From: Octopus bimaculoides
Lineage: Eukaryota
Direction of reading: 5' to 3'
NCBI RefSeq assembly: GCF_001194135.2
Contig: NC_069005.1
Location: forward strand, 21,565,470 to 21,629,469
Length of the DNA stretch: 64,000 bases
In this document: piece by piece, positions 1 to 12,560 of the stretch
Layout of the letters: each line of letters starts with the position of its first letter
How positions within the stretch are numbered: the first letter of the stretch is position 1
Notes under the pieces: generated by a model
Database searches by the model: none
The model's input: only the letters and a program-made list of their open reading frames with translations
What the model was told of the DNA's origin: nothing
Translations under genes and position numbers: made by a program

Positions 1-17
1 TATATATATATATAAAT

Positions 18-57
<40 letters not shown>

Positions 58-771
58 GATGATGATGATGATATATATATTTATAGGTCCTACTGTAATT
101 TAGTAATTGAATATTATTAAGAATAGTACAAAAAAAAATGATATTTTGTGTATTGTAGAAGTATAAACAGTTTATTGCGCATAAATGATAACAAAAAAAT
201 TGTATATTGAACCCCTAAGGGTCATGTAGACCCTGGTTGAGAATTACTTTAGGTCATGAGAGGTTAAGTGAAATGGGTGCAAGAATTTTCAAACTCTTAC
301 TTCTCTTCCCTCTTCATTATCACCACCACCGCCACCACCCTCATCGCTGCCACCACCCTCATTACCTAATAAAAGCATTTAATCCAGAGAAAAAGGGTGA
401 ATACTAACTCCATTGAGTAAGCAGGAATAATTTGTCTGGTGGAATTTTCCAGAAATGAAACTAAAATAAAATGAAAAAAAAAAAAAAAAAAAAAAAAGCA
501 AGACACTTTTCGTTCCCCTTCTCTTGACCTTCTTACATTAAACGATTGCTGAATTGAACAAGATTCTATTAATCATCCAAAGTATTTCTTTATCCATTCT
601 TATTAGATAATACAGCAAGTGGAACAATAATAATAATGATTTCTTTTGATAATAATAATAAGGCAGAAAATGTTAGAGAAATTGTTTTTTGTTACAGGAA
701 ATGATTGAAGATGTTTTCTTAATTTTTTTTCTTCTGTATTAGCATTGAACATTGTATTATATTGATATGTG

Positions 772-1165
772 TAGGCATGGCTGTCTGGCTAGGAAGCTTG
801 CTCCTCAACCATGTGATTTGGGTTCAGGCCCACTGTGCAGCACCTTGGGCAAGTGTCTTCTGCTATAGCTTTGGGCTGACCAAAGTTTGCAAGTGGATTT
901 GGTAAACAAAAATTGAAAGAAATATGTGTGTGTTTGTGTGTACCTGTGTCTAGACGTCACCTGATGATTGTAAATGAGTTTCATCGTCATACAAGAGGGG
1001 TTGTTCATTCCCATTTTTCTTTGAGCAATATGTTCAAGTACAGGGAAATATTATCTTGCTTGGAAACAGGTGAGGTTCACAACATCCATAGAAAATTGCC
1101 CTCCACAAATTCATGGCCCTCCCTATCCTCAGCAAGAAAGGGAGAAAAGATGATGGAAATGTGGT
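772..1165 (+). mobile_element. Degenerate tRNA-derived SINE (family-A head with a different 3' half)
   Basis: A-box-like TGGCTGTCTGG and B-box-like GGTTCAGGCCC, then CACCTTGGGCAAGTGTCTTC shared with many copies; 3' half resembles the copy at 12139-12560. Confidence 0.75.
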
Positions 1166-1877
1166 ATCAGGGTGTACCCTCAAGGTACAAGAGGGAATAG
1201 GGACAGAGAGAGAGAGAGAGAGAGAGAGAGTCAAGGATGACTGGGTAGGTAGGGTCATGAGATTGTGAAAGGAGAGTGACAGATTTGAAAGTGAGAGTGG
1301 TGAATGATGAACATGGGTGGAGGTGTGGGCAATGGTCAGTCTTAGTTTGGGAGAATGTAAGGAACAAAGGAGTGGGTCACGGAAGAGGAGGTGATGCTTA
1401 AAAATACTTGGCAAAAGTATATAAAATGAATGGGTTTTTGTGTTTTCTGCATGCACTTTTTGTTAACTAAATATAAATTCTCTTTTTCTTTCCATCTCCA
1501 GCTGTGATCATGTAATGGTAGCTGCCTGATACTATTGTTTTCTGAAGAACTCCTAACTCCATACTGAACCACTCTACTGCTGATAGATCTCATAACATCA
1601 AGCAGTCCTGATCTACCGAACCTTCTTGCCAGAATTGTAAAACAGAATGGACATTTGGTAAGAATGTTAGTTTATTTATTTGTGATGTAATGTATATTCT
1701 TGTAATATTTATATAAGAAGTTTGCTTCTGAACCATATGTTTTAGGTTCAGTCCCACTACGTGGTACCTTGGGCAGGTGTCTTCTGCTACAGCCTTTGGC
1801 CAACCAACACCTTGTGATCAGATTTGGGATTTGGTTGACAGGAACTGAAAGAGGCCTGCTGTGTGTGTGTGTGTTTG

Positions 1878-1947
<70 letters not shown>

Positions 1948-2711
1948 GGGAAATAAAAGAAGTTGAAAATGCACTGAGGGTGTATAAAGAGATTTGTTGC
2001 ACTTAACAGGTTTCACATTTTTATGATTTTTAAAATCTTACACTTTTGAAAATCATACACATGTTAAGTATATTAATATAAATAGTTTTCATATACTCTC
2101 TCAGGCTTCTTCAGACATATACAATGGATTTCTTTCAGTTGTTTCTGTCTCTACTAAATCCATCTACAAAGTTTCGGTTGGCCTGGGCTATAGTTAAAAA
2201 ACACTCCCCCAAGTTACCATGCAGTGGAACTGAACCCTGAACCTTAATGGTTGAGATACAAACTTCTTAACCACAACACCCATATGCCTGCACCTTACAT
2301 GGTTTGTGAAGCAGTATTGTAATCTGTTGATAAGTTTGGCAAAAAGGTTAATCTATACAACTATATTGGAACATCCTTCCGTGTATTTCTATTTGAAGAC
2401 AAAATATCCACTATTGTTTCGGTTTCCTGCATTGAGTTTGCTGAAGAATTAATAACAAAGTTCATTATGAATCACCTCCTCGTTAGCTGTTGTCTTATTC
2501 CAAATCATTCAATCATTGTTGTGTTATTCTCTCTCCCTCCCACCTTCTGTCTGTCTTTCTTTTTCCACCTCACCACCCTCTGTCTGTCTCCCTTCCTCCA
2601 CCTACCCACCTGTCTTTACAAACACTTCTTTATTTATTTTTCTCTTTTCTTTTTACTTTCTTAAATGCAGTTGGTTTCTATTTTACAAAATTGTAATTTC
2701 AGTTAGAATAA

Positions 2712-2757
<46 letters not shown>

Positions 2758-3855
2758 GAAAATTTCATTATTTACACATATTTATTTTGCTGTTTATATA
2801 TTATTGTTGAAATATATATATATATATATTTTTTTGTTCCTATGTTGAAATGATTAGCATCTTTTTAGAAAAGTGCTCTGTGAATTTAATTTATTTTTTA
2901 TCTATTTTGTCTGCAGTAGTCAGTACGGAACAATTCCATAATTATCCTGATTGACTTCAGACTTGAAATAAGTAACAAATGTGTAATAGCATTAAATGGA
3001 AAAAAAAAAAAAGAAAAAATTTCGGTTGAATAATAGTCTTGTGATCACCTTTCAGTCTGCTACAACTGCTGGAATGACCATAAGAGGAAGAAGAGTTGAC
3101 TGCTAAGACTCCTAAATTTTAATTAGTATGTTTAGTTGAATTCCAGGTTTGTCTATTTATACAAATATATGTCACACCACATCATACATTTGTGTGTATT
3201 TTTGGAAGATTCCTGCTGGGTTTCCTTCTACTGTATTACAAAGTTCTTTTTATAATTTTATTGTTGTTTCCCTAAGATCAGTAATAATAATAGATAATCC
3301 TTTCTACCAAAGGCACAAAGCCTGAAATTTTGTGGGAGGGGACTGGTTGATTACATCGACCCCAGTATTTCACTGGTACTTATTTTATTGACCCTGAAAT
3401 GCAAAGTTGGCCTTGGTTGAATTTGAACTCAGAATGTAGTGACAAATGAAATACTACAATAATAATAATAATGACAATAACTCTTTCCACTATAAGCACA
3501 AGGTCTGAAATTTTGGGGTAGGTGGTGGGGCTAGTGAATTACATTGACCCCAGTACTTGACTGGTACTTATTTCATCAACCCCCCCCCCCTAAAGAATGA
3601 AAGGCAAATTTGACATTGGTAGCATTTGCACTCAGAACATAAAAGCAGATGAAACGCCACTAAACATTTTGTCCGACATGGTAACTATTCTGTCAGTTTG
3701 CCACTATAATAATGATAATAATAATAATAATAATAATTACTAGCAGGACCTGTGGAAATTCCACAGAATAAGTCTTCACATTTGAAAACATTATGTTAGT
3801 ATATTGAACACAAGCAAGGAGTTCCAAGAAATTCTTCTCCTATCCTGCTACTTAA

Positions 3856-4241
3856 CCCTTTCGTTACTGTATTTATTTTGAGATGTTCTGTGTTTCTTTC
3901 AATTACTTCAAATATAACAAAGAATTTAGTAAAATAACTTAGTTATCATTCAGCTAGTGTTAGGAACATAAACTGTGACTAATGTTTGGTGGAAGATTTT
4001 AATTCAAGATTTATGGAAACAAGACATTTGTACTCAGTCAGAGGCAGTTTCATGTGGGTTGGCATCAAAAGGGTTAAATATAAGAAAGAATTTAGTAAAA
4101 TAACTTAGTTATCATTAAGCTAGTGTTAAGAACATAAACTGTGAATAAGGTTTGGTTGAAGATTTTAATTCAAAACTTATGAAAACAAGACATTTGTACT
4201 CAGTGCCAGAGCCGGTTTCAGCCGGGTTGGTAACAAAAGGG
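3856..4241. mobile_element. piggyBac-type MITE with tandemly duplicated 3' half
   Basis: TTAA|CCCTTTCGTTAC at 3852; matching ends AAAAGGG|TTAA at 4067-4077 and GTAACAAAAGGG|TTAA ending 4245; ~165 bp internal direct duplication. Confidence 0.7.
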
Positions 4242-5457
4242 TTAATAAAGTGTTGCTTATTTATCTCCTTTTAATATGTTTGATAGATATGATATGCTTT
4301 ATAGTTCAAGGAAATAAAAGATCAATTAAAAAGATAAAATTTATTAATATATGTTAAACGTTTATTAATTTACAATTTTGTTAAATGTCTGTTCCTGTGC
4401 TTTATTTATTGTCAGCGAGTTGGACAACCTTACAGGGAATTGAACTTGTTGTTCCAAAATGAAATGAAGGCTGGAGTCATTTGGAGCCAGCTTCATGTGA
4501 GGTATTATTGTGGCAAGCTGGCAAAATCTTTAGCACATCATACAAAATGCTTAGTGGCAGTTCTGGCTCTTTATATTCTGTGTTCAAATTGTGTTGAAGT
4601 CAACATTTTTTCATCCTTTCAGGGTTGATAAAACAAATACCAGTTGAACTTTGGGGTTCATGTAATCGACTCCCCCCCCACCTCGAACTTGCTGGTCTTG
4701 CGCTAAAATTTAAAACCATTATTATCATTATTAGAGAAGGCAACAAGTTGGTAGAATCATTAGCATGCCAGATAAAATACTTAGTAGCATTTCATCTATC
4801 TTCGTGTTCTTAGTTTGAATTCCACTTGGGTCAACTTTGCCTTTCACCCTTTCAGGGTTGATACATTAAGTACCAGTTAAGCACTGGTACTTATATGTAC
4901 CTATATGAGAAAGCAATATTATAGAAATAGACGAGAAGAAATGGTAGTATATGGCTAAATGCTGACCAAAGTATTCTATCACACCAACCCAACAATGTCT
5001 TTCTAAAAATGAACAGTCATATCATAATCTCAAAACAATGTGAATAAATAAATAAATAAGCATTACATTTAGCAGAGTAATCAGAATGCCAAAGGGTTAA
5101 AGCAGTTTAAATCTTTCCATCAAAATTTCATGTTAATTTATGTTCCAAAGAATCAGTTTAATTACGACAGAATTACTTCAATAAATTCTTCAATATTTTC
5201 ATAATTAATTCGTACAAAGACAGTGTCTTTCAACAGAAATATGCTAAGAAAAAGAATTGATGTCTTGCAACAATATTTGAGTGTGTTATGTCTTTATGAA
5301 TGTTCTGTGTGTATCTGTGTGTGTATGTGTGTGTGTGATGGTTTTTATCAATAAAATTGTGTGATATGTTTATCAATAAATATCAACTGTACCCATCAAG
5401 AATGAGTCACTCATTCTACTTGTTGCTGCCTGTCTCATACCCTGTCTTCTCTTGCAG

Positions 5458-5618
5458 TTAGCCCTCTAACTTTCCAAATGTCTGACTCACATCACTGCCC
5501 CCCTCCCTCATATTCACGACCCTTTCTCATTTACCTTCATCAGTCCCAGCATCATCACTCAAAATATCATCATCATCACCACCACCTTCAGCAGCAGCAT
5601 TGCCCATTCTACCATTAG
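5458..5618 (+). CDS. Candidate terminal coding exon (His/Gln-rich), unidentified
   Basis: Acceptor CTGTCTTCTCTTGCAG|; only the phase-1 frame is open: xSPLTFQMSDSHHCPPPSYSRPFLIYLHQSQHHHSKYHHHHHHLQQQHCPFYH*. No homology recognised; low complexity may keep it open by chance. Confidence 0.2.
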
Positions 5619-5867
5619 CTGTTGTTTCTTTTCCCACATACATTATATTGGATAAATGTTGTCCTAGAAATTCAGTGCTCAAAAGAATGACTGGATTGTC
5701 ATGCCTGGAATCTCTCTGATCATATGTCTTCTCAGTGAAAACTGACCTGGAGCAAAACATCATCCACTCACAAACTGTCCTCTTTTTTTTCCTCCTCTTT
5801 TTCTTTCAGTTGTGTCTGTGTATGTGTGTGTATATATGTATGTATGTATATATATATAATATAATAA

Positions 5868-6261
5868 GGCGCAGGAGTGGCTGTGTGGTAAGTAACTTGC
5901 TTACCAACGACATGGTTCCAGGTTCAGCCCTACTACGTGGCACCTTGGGCAAGTGTTTTCTACTATAGCCTCAGGCTGACCAAAGCCTTGTGAATGGATT
6001 TGGTAGATGGAAACTGAAAGAAGCCGGTCGTATATATGTATATGTATATATATATGTGTGTTTGTGTGTCTGTGTTTGTCCCCCCAACATCGCTTGATAA
6101 CCAATGCTGGTGTGTTTACGTCTCCGTAACTTAGCGGTTTGGCAAAAGACCCGATAGAATAAGTACTAGGCTTACAAAGAATAAGTCCTAGGGTCGATTT
6201 TCTCGACTAAAGGCGGTGCTCCAGCATGGCCGCAGTCAAATGACTGAAACAAGTAAAAGAG

Positions 6262-6262
<1 letters not shown>
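5868..6262 (+). mobile_element. Full-length tRNA-derived SINE, family A
   Basis: GGCGCAGGAGTGGCTGTGTGG (A box), GGTTCCAGGTTCAGCCC (B box), central (TA/GT) microsatellite, tail AAATGACTGAAACAAGTAAAAGA. More than 15 full or partial copies in the window. Confidence 0.9.
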
Positions 6263-6304
<42 letters not shown>

Positions 6305-6593
6305 GCACACACACACACACGTATATACATGCTATGACAACTCTTCTCTCTCTTTTTCCATTTAGATATTACTATATTACTATACATTGCAGTCTCCTTC
6401 AAAGCCTCTCTCTGTCGGCTGTCTGTCTGTCTGCCTGCCTGTCTTATTGTACTGTTTAGCCCTCTATCTCTGTCTGTCTTTCTCTCTCTCTCTCACATAT
6501 TTTCGTCATGCTTTCTTTTTCTTATAGTTCTCTCTCTCTCTCATGTTACTCTTCCACTCTCTCTTTCTATCTCTCCCTCATATTACACTTCCA

Positions 6594-6647
<54 letters not shown>

Positions 6648-6849
6648 TAGTGCTACTCCACTCCCTTTCCCTCACTTCTCTCCTGTACTAATTCATATCT
6701 TGTACAGTTTTCTACTTTTTTAATCTTTTACATTAGAAATCCCCAGAGTGGCTTATTACTAACCCCTCATCCCTAGGTGTTAGTGGAACAGCCCTTGGGA
6801 AGAGTCAGTAAATAATTGGGGGTCAAAAGGAGTTGAGAAATATATTTTT

Positions 6850-7225
6850 TATCTTCTACTTGTTTCAGCCGACAGACTGTGGCCATGCTGGGGCACTGCC
6901 TGGAAGAGTTTTTAGTCAAATGAATTGATCCCAGTACTTATTTTTTGTTAAGCCTGGTACTTATTCTATCAGTCTCTTTTTGCCAAACCACTAAGTTATG
7001 GGGACATAAACACACCAACACCGATTGTCAAGCAGTGGTGGGGGAGCAAACACATACACATACGACAGGCTTCTTTCAGTTTCCGTCTACCAAATCCACT
7101 TACAAAACTTTGGTTGGCCTGAGGCTATAATAGAAGACAATTGCCCAAGGGGCCACACAGTGGGAATGAACCTGGAACCATGTGGTTGGGAAGCAAGCTT
7201 CTTATCACACAGCCATGCCTACACC
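6850..7225 (-). mobile_element. SINE family A copy
   Basis: Collinear reverse complement of 5868-6262. Confidence 0.85.
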
Positions 7226-7230
7226 TGCTG

Positions 7231-7523
7231 AGACCCCCTTTGGTCATGACTGACCATGGGATTGCACCTAGAAAGTTACCTTCTCAGGCACAAGCCCAGA
7301 CAAGGTTGTTTATGGAAGACCAGCAGTTGCCCATGCATACCGGTCTCCCCCTCTCCACGCCACCAGTGTTATCCAAGGGAAAGGCAAAGGAGCCGATACA
7401 GCTTGGAACCTGTGACGTCGCAACTCATTTCTACAGCTGAGTGAACTGGAGCAACATGAAATAAAGTGTCTTGCTCAAGAACACAACACGCAACCCGGTC
7501 CAGGATTGGAACTCACAACCTCA
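7231..7523 (-). mobile_element. SINE family E, 5' end lost in gap
   Basis: Collinear with 16981-17594 (minus) and 52420-52625 (plus); shares GTCGCAACTCATTTCTACAGCTGAGTGAACTGGAGCAA. Confidence 0.8.
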
Positions 7524-8121
7524 NNNNNNNNNNNNNNNNNNNNNNNNNNNNNNNNNNNNNNNNNNNNNNNNNNNNNNNNNNNNNNNNNNNNNNNNNNNNN
7601 NNNNNNNNNNNNNNNNNNNNNNNNNNNNNNNNNNNNNNNNNNNNNNNNNNNNNNNNNNNNNNNNNNNNNNNNNNNNNNNNNNNNNNNNNNNNNNNNNNNN
7701 NNNNNNNNNNNNNNNNNNNNNNNNNNNNNNNNNNNNNNNNNNNNNNNNNNNNNNNNNNNNNNNTGATGATGATGATATAACTAATTTTCTTTTATATCAT
7801 TTCCAAAGACATTATAATATAGTTATAATAATTTATTAGCTGAAATCACAAGACTTATTGTATGTAATACCTGTTTCCGCAGGAAGGAATTGATTTTCTT
7901 CGTTCATGTGTTCTAATTATTTGTTTTTTAATGCTCGTTAGGTGTAGCTGTGTAGGTCAGAAGCTTGCATTGCAACCACGTTTTTGGATTCAGTCCCACT
8001 GCATGGCACCTTAGGCAAGTGTCTTCTACTATAGCTCCCTGGGCTAACCAATGCTCCACAAGTGAATATAGTTGATGGAAAATATGTAGAAGCCCATCAT
8101 ATATATATATATATATATATA

Positions 8122-8470
8122 GGTGCAGGAGTGGCTATGTGGTAAGTAGCTTGTTTACCAACCACATGGTTCTGACTTCAGTCCCACTGCATGGCACCTT
8201 GGGCAAATGTCTTCTACTATAACCTTGGGCTGACCAAAGCTTTGTGAGTGGATTTGGTAGATGGAAACTGAAAGAAGCCAGTCGTGTGTGTTTGTGTGTC
8301 TGTGTTTGTTCCCCCATCATTGCTTGACAACTGATGTTGGTATGTTTATGTCCCCATAACTTAGTTCGGCAAGAGACACCGATAGAATAAGTACTAGGCT
8401 TACAAAGAATAAGTCCTGGGGTCAACTTTTTTGACTAAAGGTGGTACTCCAGCATGAAACGAATAAAAGA
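8122..8470 (+). mobile_element. SINE family A copy
   Basis: Same head, body and tail as 5868-6262. Confidence 0.9.
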
Positions 8471-8584
8471 ATATATATATATGTACACACACACACACAC
8501 ACGCACACACTTATGTATCTATCTATCTATCTCTATATATATATATATATACTTGTGTATGTATGTATGTATATGTATATACAT

Positions 8585-8916
8585 ACCATTTTGAGCGTGG
8601 CCGTTGCCAGTACCGCCTGACTGGCTCCTGTAGGATTTTCGAGCGAGATCGTTGCCAGTGCCCCTGGACTGGCTTGTGCGGGTGGCACATAAAAGACACC
8701 ATTTCGAGCGTGGCCGTTTTCGTGCGGGTGACACGTAAAAGCACCCACTACACTCTCTGAGTGGTTGGCGTTAGGAAGGGCATCCAGCTGTAGAAACTCT
8801 GCCAAATCGGACTGGAGCCTGGTGTTGCCATCCGGTTTCACCAGTCCTCAGTCAAATCGTCCAACCCATGCTAGCATGGAAAGCGGACGTTAAACGATGG
8901 TGATGATGATGATGAT
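8585..8916 (+). mobile_element. RTE-tailed retroposon, family C, young copy with (GAT)n tail
   Basis: Ends GCATGGAAAGCGGACGTTAAACGATG(GAT)n; near-identical to 42955-43193. Other copies at 10873-10980, 12996-13222, 15860-16163, 27290-27473, 42013-42390, 43725-43813. Confidence 0.85.
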
Positions 8917-9555
8917 GTATATATGGTTGATCTCTTTCCTTGCATATCTTTTAGCAGATACGACATTGTGTGAATGTTCAGAATCAGTCTGTCTGAGCAC
9001 TCAAAGTTGTCTGCACAAATATCCAAAGCTGTCTGCCTGGCAAGATGTGAGGTGTGTGAATCGGTCAGCCACTCTCAATACTCTGCAATGAGTTGAGCAG
9101 TAAACCGTTTTCATCGGGGGACAAGAGGTTAAATTTTAGAGCATCCAAGAAAGCCACATCACACCGCAGCTGCATGTTGATTGGTTGATTTATAGATCAA
9201 TCTCCTGAAACTGTGGTGGCCTACTCATGGTGTCTAACCGAGTATATTGCAATATAGGTTCAAATCCCCACTACAGCATCATATATTATTACCTCTCCTT
9301 TAATATTGCCAAAAACAGGACAGTTGTATGTCATTAGTGAAAAGATCCTTAAAAAGAAAAGTGTCAGGAATTAAAGAAGTGATTGCCCTTTTTGATACCA
9401 ATTTTCCTTGAAACCACCTTTGGTTCTTTGGTATAACCATTGTGTTTTAAAATGATCTAACTTAAAACCTTCCAACAAAATTTTATGTAAATTTATGTTC
9501 CAAATGAAGGTGGTGAGTTAGCAGAATCATTAGTGTGATTAGAAGAATGCTTAGT

Positions 9556-9711
9556 ACCAGCACCAATGCTTTTTACATGGTACCAGCATTGGTGCTTTTT
9601 ATGTGGCACCAGCACCAGTGCTTTTTATGTGGCACCAGCATCAGTGCTTTTTATGTGGCACCAGCACTAGTGCTTTTTACAAGGTTCCTGCACTAGTGCT
9701 TTTTATGTGGC
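9556..9711. repeat. 26-bp minisatellite, 6 units
   Basis: Unit ACCAGCACCAGTGCTTTTTATGTGGC starting at 9556, 9582, 9608, 9634, 9660, 9686. Confidence 0.95.
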
Positions 9712-9759
9712 TCTGTGGTTTTAGGATATCAATTCTGTTGTGGCAGTCCAGCCTTCTTG

Positions 9760-9900
9760 AGTACAATAATCCATCATATATCTCAGTCCTTTGTTATCTC
9801 CTTCGTAAGGCTCCATGTTTTTAGATGTTTTTAGATCAACCTTTAATACTTTGTTCCATGTCTTCCTCCGTCTCCCTCTTCCACAACTCCCACTCACTTA
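9760..9900 (-). mobile_element. RTE-clade LINE, C-terminal remnant
   Basis: Minus frame CGRGRRRKTWNKVLKVDLKT matches the RTE C-terminal GRGRPRKTW motif; frameshifted afterwards. Confidence 0.7.
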
Positions 9901-11254
9901 CTTTTCACATCTCTAAGGTAATTAACACACAAAAATGTGTCATTAATAAACATTAGGCTTGACCCATAACATTCACCATAGGCCATAAGAATGATTGAGC
10001 TGCTAAAAGTTGACTCATTGAATTCGATAGAAAAATCAGTACATCCTCATACCATGGCTTCCTCTGCATAATCAGCCATCCATGTATCATAGCACTGTTA
10101 TTTATTCGCACTTACTAACACACCTTTTACAACAGGCTGAGTGCCTTTCTTTCTTGATAATAGGTTTAACCCTTTTCTTATGAGTTTTCTGTTGAAACAC
10201 ACTTCCTTTCTTTCAGTTAATTTTAAAAATAAAAATTTAATAAAACATTGTTTTGGCATTTGGAACATAAACTGGTTTCAAATTTTGCCACAAGGCCAGC
10301 AATTTCAGGGGACGAAGTTAGACTCCAGTGCTCAACTGGTACATATTCTATTGACCTTGAAAGGATGGAAGGTAAAGTTGACCTCAGTGGAATTTGAACT
10401 TAGAACATAAAGATGGACAACATGTGTGTGTTTGTCTCTGTGTTTGTCCCTCCCCACCACTGCTTGACAACCGGTGTTGGTATGTTTACATCCTGGTAAC
10501 TTAGCAGTTTTGCAAAAGAGACCACTAGAATAAGCACCAGGCTTAAAAAAGAACAAGTGCTGTGGTCAGTGCATTCAACTAAACATTCTTCAAGGTAGTG
10601 CCCCAGCATGGCCACAGTCTAATGACTGAAACAAGTAAAAGACAAAAAGATCAGGTTAAAGCATGGTTTCTACAGCTGATACGGGAACCTGTGAATGTTC
10701 TAGAATGAGCTTCAGTGTGAGTTAGGGTACCGTTGAGAAATAGGTTCTACAGAAAGATGACTCGTTATCTCTTAAAACAGAGAGAAGGTAGTTTAGGAAA
10801 GACTGGTTGTTGTGGAGGGTTTTGTAGGATTTAAAGTTGAAGCTATCAAGCTGGAGATGAAAAACGTGTGGATCATCATCATCATCATCGTTTAACGTCC
10901 ACTTTCCATGCTAGCATGGGTTGGACGATTTGACTGAGGACTGGTGAAACCGGATGGCAACACCAGGCTCCAATCTGATTGGTTGTAAAGAAAAAATAGA
11001 TCAGGTCTTATATCTTACCATTTTGCCACCAGTGTGTGTGTGTGTGTAAGAGAGAAAGACTCTTGTCATTTACATTCTATAGAGCAGTGGTTCTTTACCT
11101 CTTGTTCCTTAAACGCACTTTTCCTCATATTGCAGAATGTCATTCTAGTACTTTCCAAGAGTGTATGGGTCAAATAATGCATGTGTCTGTGTGGTTGAAA
11201 AGCTTGCTTTCCAACTGTGTGGTCTTGAGTGCAGTTAAATGATGAGTCGCTGTA

Positions 11255-11448
11255 TAGTAAGTAGCTTGCTTACCAACCACATGGTTCTGGGTTCAATCCC
11301 ACTGCATGGTGCCTTGGGCAAGTGTCTTCTACTATAGCTTTGGGCCGACCAAAGCCTTGTGAGTGGATTTGGTAGATGGAAACTGAAGGAAGCCTGTCAC
11401 ACACACACACGCTTATATATATATATATATATATATATNNNNNNNNNN

Positions 11449-11486
<38 letters not shown>

Positions 11487-11685
11487 TGTATGTCTGTATT
11501 TGTTTCCCCACCATTGCTTGACAACCGATGTTGGTGTGTTTTCATCCCCATAAATTAGTGGTTTGGCAAAGGAGACCAATAGAATAAGTACAAGGCTTAC
11601 AAAGAATAAGTTCTGGGGTCAATTTGTTCGACTAAAGGTGGTGCTCCAGCATGGCTGCAGTCAAACGACTGAAACAAATAAAAGA

Positions 11686-11686
<1 letters not shown>
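11255..11686 (+). mobile_element. SINE family A copy interrupted by a 10-N gap
   Basis: Collinear with 5868-6262. Confidence 0.85.
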
Positions 11687-11724
<38 letters not shown>

Positions 11725-12138
11725 AACAAAGCATCCTTTTGCCATGTGTAGGTAAGACAGTTGTTAAGCTTCTTGTAGCTGCCATTTATGTATTGCAATT
11801 CCTGTGTTATCAACTAGCTCTGTCCTCACTATTAGATCACTAGGTCATGGAGATCACAAGCTTTATCTATTTCCAGTGAACTTTAAGCACTCAGCTGCTT
11901 ATGCTGCTGACAACTTTGCCAGTGCATTTACTGAACTTATTGATTCGTTGTTGACTAACCTGGAATTACAATCTTATTCTTGTGTACCCTTCAGCCATCG
12001 TCTTCACTTATAAATATCTTCTTGAAATTCACTTATGAATATATATTAATATACGTCTGCTGCTGACCAAAATCTTGCTTCTTGTTTTTAATTTTTACTT
12101 ACTTTTTTTTTTTAGCATTATATTAATCTTCAGATAGC

Positions 12139-12560
12139 TAGAGGCATATCTGTGTGGTTGAGAAACTTGCTTCTCAACCACATTGTTTCAGATTCAGTGC
12201 CATGGCTTGGCGGCGTCTTAGGCAAGTGTTTTCTACCGTAGTTCCAGGTTGACCCGAGACTTGTTGAGGATTTGATAGACAGAAACAGAAAGAACTCTGT
12301 TTGTGTGTTTGTGTGTTGTGTATGTATCTTCTTGTTTTGACATCCCATGGTAGTTGTAAAATGATTATCACTATCATACAATCAGTGAAATTCATTTCTG
12401 ATATTCTGCAAGAACATATCGAGCCATAGAGAAATATTACCTTACTTGGAAACAGATGAGAGTTGGCAGCAGCAAGAGCATCCAGCTATAGAAAATCTGC
12501 CTCAGTAAACTCTGACCCATGAAAGCATGGAAAAGTGGGTGTTAAAACAATAATTGATAA
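12139..12560 (+). mobile_element. Chimeric SINE: family-A tRNA head plus RTE-type 3' tail
   Basis: Head as family A; 3' end AAGAGCATCCAGCTATAGAAAATCTGCC...GCATGGAAAAGTGGGTGTTAAAAC as family C. Confidence 0.7.

Noticed and set aside
366-460. Strong minus-strand acceptor at 461
   Set aside because: No frame gives a recognisable peptide and the donor is ambiguous.
2070-2120. Minus-strand CTGAAGA...GAAA
   Set aside because: No convincing stem II, stem III or NUH site.
8533-8841. Recurring ORF MKPDGNTRLQSDLAEFLQLDALPNANHSES (also 42086, 43036)
   Set aside because: Antisense reading of SINE family C, not a gene family.
8940-9240. Unique GC-richer stretch with short ORFs on both strands
   Set aside because: No recognisable domain or splice pair; possibly an old TE remnant.
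9556-9711. CRISPR-like regular repeat
   Set aside because: Head-to-tail units without unique spacers, eukaryotic context, no cas genes.
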